Of a DNA stretch of 64,000 nucleotides, positions 57,467-64,000 are shown in pieces. The first letter of the stretch is position 1. Every line of letters begins with the position of its first letter. Both the position numbers and the translations under genes were made by a program. This DNA is from Candidatus Poribacteria bacterium (GTDB lineage Bacteria; Poribacteria; WGA-4E; WGA-3G), in the NCBI GenBank assembly GCA_965205025.1, contig CBDBFU010000028.1, positions 192,001-256,000 of the forward strand. The letters are read 5' to 3'. The notes beneath the pieces were generated by a model, which was not told where the DNA came from, made no database searches, and was given only the letters and a program-made list of their open reading frames with translations.

Positions 57467-58519
57467 TTATTCTTCTGCTCGGACGGCGATTTTTATGGCA
57501 GTTTCACCGTTAATACGGTACCCACCATCAAGTGCTTTAAACCCGTCTTCAACTTGTGAAAGTGGTAATTCGTGACTCACCATATCAGCAAAAGGCAGGT
57601 CACTTTTTTCAAGTAGCGGCAGTCCTCGAACGAAATGATCGTAATTACTCCCCCAGATTGCTTCAAGTCGAAGGTTTTTTCGCATGAGGAGTTGGTTTAT
57701 ATTGAAGTCGATTGAACCCATGTCAACAAAATGGCCGACCTCTACAAATGTACCACTTCGTCTTGTATATCCTAATCCTTCTGGAGTAGCAGGAAGAAAA
57801 CCTGCACATTCAAAGACAACATCTGCCCCTTCTCCACGTGGTGTTTCTGACTTAACGAGTTTAGTTCGTTCTTCGACTGAGGTGACTTCTTCAATATCTA
57901 TTGTTACATCTGCACCAAAACGTCTTGCCAATTCAAGGCGTCCTGCAGGACCACCCACCATGATTAATTTACCTGCACCACTTAATTTTGCACATGCAAG
58001 GGTTACCAATCCGATTGCTCCAGAACCTTGCACTACGACAGTATCTCCAAATTTGATTTCGCCTCGCATGACTGCATGCACGCCGACAGTGAAAGGTTCG
58101 GTAAGTACAGCAACTTCAGGAGATGCTTCGGTTTTCATAAAACAGGTATTTGGGTATGTAAGGTACATGTAATCCGCAAAACCACCTCGAAAATGGGGTG
58201 CTTCATCTGGATTCCACTGAAAACCGTATCCTCCGTAGTCTGTCCCCGGTGCGAAGATAACCCTATCACCCTCTTTTATAGGTTTACCAACATAGTCTTC
58301 TGATACACCATCTCCAATAGCTTCGACGATTCCCACATTTTCATGTCCCAATAGGATCTCAGTTTTGAATCCGTTTTGCCAGTTATGGAGATCTGTACCA
58401 CATATTCCTGCTAATTCTTGTCGTAAGAGAATGGTTTTTGGTTCAGGATCAGGAACAGGATATTCACGTATCTCAAAATCTTGACCGTATGCGACTACAG
58501 CACGACCAGTTCGAGCCAT
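57467..58519 (-). CDS. Zn-binding (MDR) dehydrogenase
   Basis: GICGTD, LGHE, QGSGAIG; lacks the structural-Zn Cys cluster. Confidence 0.85.
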   Translation of the reverse strand: MARTGRAVVAYGQDFEIREYPVPDPEPKTILLRQELAGICGTDLHNWQNGFKTEILLGHENVGIVEAIGDGVSEDYVGKPIKEGDRVIFAPGTDYGGYGFQWNPDEAPHFRGGFADYMYLTYPNTCFMKTEASPEVAVLTEPFTVGVHAVMRGEIKFGDTVVVQGSGAIGLVTLACAKLSGAGKLIMVGGPAGRLELARRFGADVTIDIEEVTSVEERTKLVKSETPRGEGADVVFECAGFLPATPEGLGYTRRSGTFVEVGHFVDMGSIDFNINQLLMRKNLRLEAIWGSNYDHFVRGLPLLEKSDLPFADMVSHELPLSQVEDGFKALDGGYRINGETAIKIAVRAEE

Positions 58520-58581
58520 TTTTCCTCCTTATAGTGTGTGAATAAGGTGTTTCAAAGATCTAATGGTAACATTCCTAATAA

Positions 58582-58869
58582 TTAGACAAACTTTTTCTTT
58601 TTACGTGAACTTATTATATATATTGCAATTAATCCAACAATAGTAATTATTATCCAATACTTTTGGAATATTTCAAAGAAGATATTAAAACCTATCCAAG
58701 CTGCGACCTCTATCCCAACTATCATCAAAGCCTTCCCCCAGGGAAAATCAGCATTATGATGTTTTTGTAGCCGATAGGCATAAATCCATGAGATGATTAA
58801 TGTTCCCAGTACAACTAATAAGAAAAGTAGATTGACAGTTGATTGAATGCCTTCGAGTAAGAAGTTCAT
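58582..58869 (-). CDS. Small hypothetical membrane protein
   Basis: AGGAG RBS, three hydrophobic segments, basic tail. Confidence 0.65.
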   Translation of the reverse strand: MNFLLEGIQSTVNLLFLLVVLGTLIISWIYAYRLQKHHNADFPWGKALMIVGIEVAAWIGFNIFFEIFQKYWIIITIVGLIAIYIISSRKKKKFV

Positions 58870-58996
58870 AGGATACTCCTGTATTCTTGACCTACATATT
58901 GTGTGTTGTAGGTTCTATAGTTTGTATGTAATTTAGAGACACTACAACTGAAAAAGATAGGAATATATATCATATTGAATAGGATGGTGATGATTG

Positions 58997-59851
58997 TTAT
59001 TTGGATGTTTGAATTCGTTCAGGATGGGTATATACAACCATTCTTTGGTCCCGCAAGAATCCAATTAACGTTATATTTCCATCTTCTGCTAAGTCAACTG
59101 CGAGTGAGGAAGCAGCCGAAACAGCGACAACTACAGGTATACGCGCAAATAACGCCTTCTGTATAATTTCAAAACTTGCGCGTCCACTCACCATAAGAAT
59201 ATGTTTGTCGAGTGGCATCATATCGGACAGTAGTGCTTGTCCAATGACTTTGTCAACAGCATTATGTCTACCTATATCCTCCTGTAAAATAAGGAGTTTT
59301 CCGTATTCATCAAAAAGTCCGGCTGCGTGTAATCCTCCGGTTTTTTCAAAAACTATCTGCGCTTCAAGGAGACGTTCATTCAGTTTATAGAACACCTTTC
59401 GATTTAATTGAAAAACCGAATTAATTGGATCAACCTGAATTCTAACGGCATCAATCGTCATCTTACCACAAAGACCACAGCTTGCATTCGCATGAAAATT
59501 CCGTTGCCAACCCTCCTGTTCATCAAGGCTTAACTCATCAGTTAGATATACATTGACAATGTTTTGAAATGATGATAGATGAGAATGTTCTTCCTTAGAT
59601 ATTGTATTTTCATTTTCATCCTCACAATAGGTGATAATTTGAATGTCATCTATGGATTTAATTAGATTTTCTGTGTATAGAAAACCGGCTGCCAGTTCAA
59701 AATCATGTCCGGGTGTTCTCATTACGACGATTAGACTCTGTTTACCTATCCGAATTTCAAGTGGTTCTTCAACAACTAATTCGTCATCTAAAGGAATTGC
59801 GTCTAACTGATTCCAGCGTATGATCTGTCTCTTAGATGTTTGTTCCATCAT
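58997..59851 (-). CDS. fdhD: Formate dehydrogenase accessory sulfurtransferase
   Basis: EEPLEI, MRTPG, SCGLCG, TGGLHAA, EDIGRHNAVDK, SGRASFE. Confidence 0.92.
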   Translation of the reverse strand: MMEQTSKRQIIRWNQLDAIPLDDELVVEEPLEIRIGKQSLIVVMRTPGHDFELAAGFLYTENLIKSIDDIQIITYCEDENENTISKEEHSHLSSFQNIVNVYLTDELSLDEQEGWQRNFHANASCGLCGKMTIDAVRIQVDPINSVFQLNRKVFYKLNERLLEAQIVFEKTGGLHAAGLFDEYGKLLILQEDIGRHNAVDKVIGQALLSDMMPLDKHILMVSGRASFEIIQKALFARIPVVVAVSAASSLAVDLAEDGNITLIGFLRDQRMVVYTHPERIQTSK

Positions 59852-59883
59852 TATATATAGGATATTCTACAGTATACAATACC

Positions 59884-61845
59884 CTATTCAATTGTTTCGG
59901 TGAATTTCTCCTTTTCTAAGGTTAACATACCTTTAGTTGTCCCAATCCATATCCGATTATTGTCAACAGCAATGCATTGTATTGTAAGACCTTCGACTAA
60001 TACTTTTGGATATTCTATTGTTCCATCCCATTCAGGTGTTCGTGTATAATCGTGATTAATTGCAAGATAGTCGCTCAATGCAAGCCACAATGTAATTCTT
60101 GATGTTTCATTTTCTTCATCTTGAAATATTGGTTGAGGTATTGTATTTTCAGCAATGCCAGTTATGAATATATCATCCAATTGCGTCAAGTCTTCTATTC
60201 CAGAGGATACAGGTGTAGTAGAGACATTTGAACCATTCCAATCGGATTCAAAATAGCCATTGGATTTTTCTTCTTCATTCACATAAGAAAAGAATGTCAT
60301 ATTTCCAATACTATCAAAACGTACAATTCTGATCTCAGGGTTAAGATCAACAAATCCAATTGGGTTCCATACCCCCTGCTGACGATCGTAAATTGATATA
60401 TCCTCTGCTGATGTTCCAACCCATATTGTCTCAGGAGACATAGTAATAGAGTGTATATCGTCTGGTATATTATGGTCTTCTTTGTTGTAATGGAGTTGAA
60501 ATCCAGTTTTTAGATCCCGTCGAATAATTCCGGCATCAGTAGCGAACCATATTTCCTTTTCATCCATTTTAATGTCCCGAATCCACATACTTGGTAATCC
60601 ATCGTCCATCGTATAATTTGTTACTGCCTTTGTGTCTTTATTGTAGTGTATAATCCCTTGATTTCTTGTGCCTATCCATACATCAAGTGAGTTGACAGTA
60701 ATTGCACGTACATCTGGAATTGAAGTGAGTTGTTCAAATTCATTAATCTTCCATGGAATAGCTTCATTTATCTGCCATTTCCCATGACCATTGGTTTCGA
60801 TTTGTACAATTCCTTTGGGTGTACCAACCCAGAGGGATGTTCCATCAACAGCAATAGCCTGAATGTTTGTATCAGGTAGATCTTGTGTATAGATGTTCCA
60901 TGCGCTTGCTTGTCTAACATCCTTTGCTTGATCTATTATAGATTGATCATCTGTAATTTTTAGGATTGCCTGTGCAATGTTTACGGCATTATCCTTATTA
61001 CCTAATTGCAGATGAATGATGGCTTGTTTCAAGTATGCATCATCAACAAATTCGCTGTATGGATAGAGTTCAACAAAATTTCCCAACGTTCTTAAGGCAG
61101 TATCCAAGTCTTCAGAATCTGCTTGTAAACTTCCTATAAGAAATACAGCTTTCTCATGTTGAGGTAAATTTCGAAATTTACTCACAGTTTCCTGCAAGAG
61201 TTCAAGGCCAGAATCGGTATCATTTAGGTTTTCAACGAGTAGAAATCCTGTGATATAACTTAGTGGTCCTACGGAATCATGTTCAGGATAATAAGTCAGA
61301 ATTATTTGAAATGCTTTTACAGCATTGAGAAAATCTTCAGATTCTATAGCCTTCGTACCAATTTCTTGAAGTATCTGTGGTATGTTGTTATATTTTTCAG
61401 GGTCAATTATTGCTACAGAACGAAATCTTTCAAGTGCTTTATCTATGAGTTCATTAGTGTTATATAGTAATCCAAGTTGGTAATGTGCATCGACGAATTT
61501 TGGTGATTCTTCCAAAGCTTTCTCGAATTGTCTGATTGCTAATTCGGGGAGTAGTAGATCTAATAGGTCGCGTGCATTACGATAGTGTTTTTGGGCTGCT
61601 TGATTTGGTAGGTTATCTAAATTTGTAGTAAAATTAAGTATATTACCTTCTAAAGGTAACCTTATTATTTGTCCATTATATTCTATCTCAAAATGTGTAT
61701 CATTCCCATTTAGCCATTGTCCTGTTAGTCTATCACCATTCTGCATTTCTACTATTACAAATGTTTGGGTGTATCCATAAGATGTGAAAAGTAATATTAG
61801 AACGAGGAAGGATACATAAGTATATTTTTGAATATATTGACGCAT
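59884..61845 (-). CDS. Secreted TPR (BamD/YbgF-like) plus beta-propeller protein
   Basis: Signal peptide, TPR-like repeats (YPEH, YPYSEF), propeller repeats LWVGTPKG, VWIGTRNQG, IWFATDAG, IWIGTTKG. Confidence 0.7.
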   Translation of the reverse strand: MRQYIQKYTYVSFLVLILLFTSYGYTQTFVIVEMQNGDRLTGQWLNGNDTHFEIEYNGQIIRLPLEGNILNFTTNLDNLPNQAAQKHYRNARDLLDLLLPELAIRQFEKALEESPKFVDAHYQLGLLYNTNELIDKALERFRSVAIIDPEKYNNIPQILQEIGTKAIESEDFLNAVKAFQIILTYYPEHDSVGPLSYITGFLLVENLNDTDSGLELLQETVSKFRNLPQHEKAVFLIGSLQADSEDLDTALRTLGNFVELYPYSEFVDDAYLKQAIIHLQLGNKDNAVNIAQAILKITDDQSIIDQAKDVRQASAWNIYTQDLPDTNIQAIAVDGTSLWVGTPKGIVQIETNGHGKWQINEAIPWKINEFEQLTSIPDVRAITVNSLDVWIGTRNQGIIHYNKDTKAVTNYTMDDGLPSMWIRDIKMDEKEIWFATDAGIIRRDLKTGFQLHYNKEDHNIPDDIHSITMSPETIWVGTSAEDISIYDRQQGVWNPIGFVDLNPEIRIVRFDSIGNMTFFSYVNEEEKSNGYFESDWNGSNVSTTPVSSGIEDLTQLDDIFITGIAENTIPQPIFQDEENETSRITLWLALSDYLAINHDYTRTPEWDGTIEYPKVLVEGLTIQCIAVDNNRIWIGTTKGMLTLEKEKFTETIE

Positions 61846-61950
61846 ATTTAACCATAGATATTATGTGTTTTAATATCAAGCAATGATAACAGAATAATGT
61901 GGTATTGTCAAGATGGTTTACTCAAGTGAAATTGAAATCAGTGAAGGTAA

Positions 61951-62478
61951 TTAAATCGTCAATCGATCAATGATGGTATCTATTACATCATCAGCACGAT
62001 TACGGATTTGATCTGGTGTCAGACTTTGGATGGGATGTGTGACTGTTAACGGTTCTAAATCAGTATGACCAAGGACACGTGCTTGTACCTTACCAGCAGT
62101 ATAAAATACCTCAGTACATATTGCTACACTGGGTACACCGCGTTCCTCTAAGATACTGCCATCGTGCATACTGCACGATATACATGATCCTCAGTCAGCA
62201 AGACCTTCAATAACAAAATCAACATGATCAGCAAGATCAGATAGCAAGTCTATAGGGGCAGGACGGGAGAAAGTTGGTTTCTTTACACGAATGACTTCAG
62301 ATACATCAAACCGGTCACATATCAATTCTTCTAATCTATCAAGAAAAATATCGCTGCCATTTTTCGTAATATCCAACAATCCCATTACTTTACCGTTTAA
62401 TGAATCAAGTCGTGGAGACAAGTATTTCACAGGAACTTCTTCTTGAGCAGTAGGATCGAGTAAGATAGTTTTTTCCAT
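61951..62478 (-). CDS. UGSC-family selenoprotein (175 aa, Sec96), split into two ORFs in the track
   Basis: ...FVIEGLAD-TGA-GSCISCSMHDG... in one frame; TGA at 62193-62191; perfect 8-bp hairpin ATCGTGCA-GTA-TGCACGAT 11 nt downstream. Confidence 0.9.
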
Positions 62479-62491
62479 TGGTTTTCTATGT

Positions 62492-62815
62492 TTATTCTGA
62501 ATCTTCCATCTGGATCTGTTGTGATTTTGCCATCGCATCCTCTGCTTCCTGTATCATTCCTTTACGTTGGAAACAGATGGAAAGGCTGGTATATGCAAGG
62601 GGGTCATTTGGATCGATTTCTATAGCTTTTTGAACAGCCGTTATTGCTTCATCGTATTGACTAAGCCGTTCATAAGCGTGTCCTAATCCGAGATAACCCT
62701 CGATATAATCTGGGTAAGTTTCTATGAGTACATTAAATGCTTCAACTGCAGCTTCAAGCTCATTTTCAGCAAATAACGTCAATGCCTTATCATATAGTTC
62801 TTCTTGGGTTGCCAT
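62492..62815 (-). CDS. Small TPR protein
   Basis: Three TPR-like repeats (GYLGLGHAY, AIEIDPNDPLAY). Confidence 0.8.
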   Translation of the reverse strand: MATQEELYDKALTLFAENELEAAVEAFNVLIETYPDYIEGYLGLGHAYERLSQYDEAITAVQKAIEIDPNDPLAYTSLSICFQRKGMIQEAEDAMAKSQQIQMEDSE

Positions 62816-62906
62816 TTTTTATTCCTAATCAATTTTAAACCAGTATATCAAATTTCGAGACATATTACAATCTTTTTAGGTGTATTTTATGATTAGTATT
62901 AACAAT

Positions 62907-62935
62907 TTGACATTTACACTGCCTTATGTTAAAAT
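62907..62935 (+). promoter_or_regulatory. Sigma70-type promoter of the ferredoxin-gmk genes
   Basis: TTGACA, 17 bp spacer ending TGT, TAAAAT. Confidence 0.65.
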
Positions 62936-62961
62936 ATGGCATATCAGAAGGAGTAGTTGCT

Positions 62962-63429
62962 ATGGCCTATTATATAACTGATGAATGTATAGGATGTACG
63001 GCATGTTTAACTAATTGTCCAGTTGATGCTATTACTGGTGATCGGAATATGTTACATATCATAGATCCGAGTATATGCATTGATTGTAGTGCATGTGGAT
63101 TGGTATGTCCAGTCGAAGCAATTAGGGACCAATTCGGTGCAGTCTGTAAATTCATACCTCGTCCAACACATAGACCTATTGCTGTCATTTATGAAGAACT
63201 TTGTTCTGGATGCGATTTCTGTGTACATATTTGTCCATGGGAATGTCTCGAACTTAAAGATCCAGATACTGGTGAACATGCCGAGAGTTTTTTCGGTATT
63301 TGTGAATTAGTGAAACCGAAGGACTGTGTAGGTTGTAAATTGTGTGAAGAGGTATGTATTAAGGACGCTATTAGAGTCGAATCACCTGTATTATTAGAAC
63401 TGGCTGAAGCCACTGAAGCAGCAGATTAA
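62962..63429 (+). CDS. Polyferredoxin with four 4Fe-4S motifs
   Basis: Four CxxCxxCxxxC motifs; AGGAG RBS before ATG 62962. Confidence 0.88.
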   Translation: MAYYITDECIGCTACLTNCPVDAITGDRNMLHIIDPSICIDCSACGLVCPVEAIRDQFGAVCKFIPRPTHRPIAVIYEELCSGCDFCVHICPWECLELKDPDTGEHAESFFGICELVKPKDCVGCKLCEEVCIKDAIRVESPVLLELAEATEAAD

Positions 63430-63448
63430 CTTTTTAAATGTATCTGAC

Positions 63449-64000
63449 ATGCGTTCATCCTCGCTCAATTGTCAAAATTTAGTGATTGTCATTTCTGGAC
63501 CGTCTGGTGGTGGTAAAAGTACAGTCGCTCAAGTATTATGTGAAAATGATGATACCTTGCGACTCTCTATCTCTGCTACATCTCGCACAGCCCGTCCAGA
63601 TGAAATTGATGGTGAAAATTACTATTTTCTAACAAAATCACAATTTGAAGAGAATATCAATAGAGATTACTTCATAGAATGGGCGAAATACAGAGAGCAT
63701 TATTACGGAACACCGAAGTCTGAATTAGAAGCATCCCGCCAAGAAGGGAAAGACACAGTCTTAGAAATTGATGTTAAGGGTGCCCTTCAAATCAAGAAAC
63801 AAGACCTTACTCCTGCCAGAAGCATCCTTATTTTTCTTATCCCTTCAACATACGAGATTCTGGAAAGACGTCTCCGGGGAAGAAAAACCGAATCAGAAGA
63901 CGAACTTAAAAAAAGATTAGAAATAGCTAAGACAGAACTCAATCAAATTACCCAATACAACTACTGTGTAATTAATCCAGAAGATGATGTTAAACAAGCA
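63449..64000 (+). CDS. gmk: Guanylate kinase, 3' partial (absent from the ORF track)
   Basis: VISGPSGGGKST, SISATSRTARPDEIDGENYYF, HYYGT, LEIDVKGALQI. Confidence 0.93.
   Translation, partial: MRSSSLNCQNLVIVISGPSGGGKSTVAQVLCENDDTLRLSISATSRTARPDEIDGENYYFLTKSQFEENINRDYFIEWAKYREHYYGTPKSELEASRQEGKDTVLEIDVKGALQIKKQDLTPARSILIFLIPSTYEILERRLRGRKTESEDELKKRLEIAKTELNQITQYNYCVINPEDDVKQA

Noticed and set aside
57684-58172. Long antisense ORFs (e.g. 57684-58172, 3739-4212, 32412-32837)
   Set aside because: Shadows of well-supported genes on the opposite strand, with no motifs of their own

Overview
AT-rich bacterial chromosomal window from a diderm (lpxB, lpxK, gmhA). It is most likely Candidatus Poribacteria; this is an inference from the V(E/D)PxxKxxxxWGx(L/I)K C-terminal motif, a DUF6785-like membrane protein and many PhyH, Gfo/Idh/MocA and TIM-barrel sugar enzymes. 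It holds about 58 CDS: housekeeping genes (mqnC, argC, dnaN, miaB, map, ccmC, nagA, fdhD, gmk), tRNA-Leu(GAG), carbohydrate catabolism genes and one IS4 element. Five things the ORF track misses stand out. (1) Two UGA-recoded selenoproteins (an ArsC/Spx-like UxxC protein and a UGSC-family protein), each with a SECIS-like hairpin. (2) A nested set of GTAG-type REPs, several MITE families, a 1.57 kb non-coding element bounded by terminal inverted repeats, and an IS4 whose flanks suggest a rearrangement or misassembly junction. (3) A membrane-spanning ECF sigma factor fused to an EPN-type C-type lectin, plus a sigma-less paralog. (4) Three secreted proteins sharing a C-terminal candidate sorting signal, with a PorV-like gene nearby. 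(5) A possible replication origin upstream of a dnaN that has no adjacent dnaA. Family assignments come from motif recognition only; no database searches were run.
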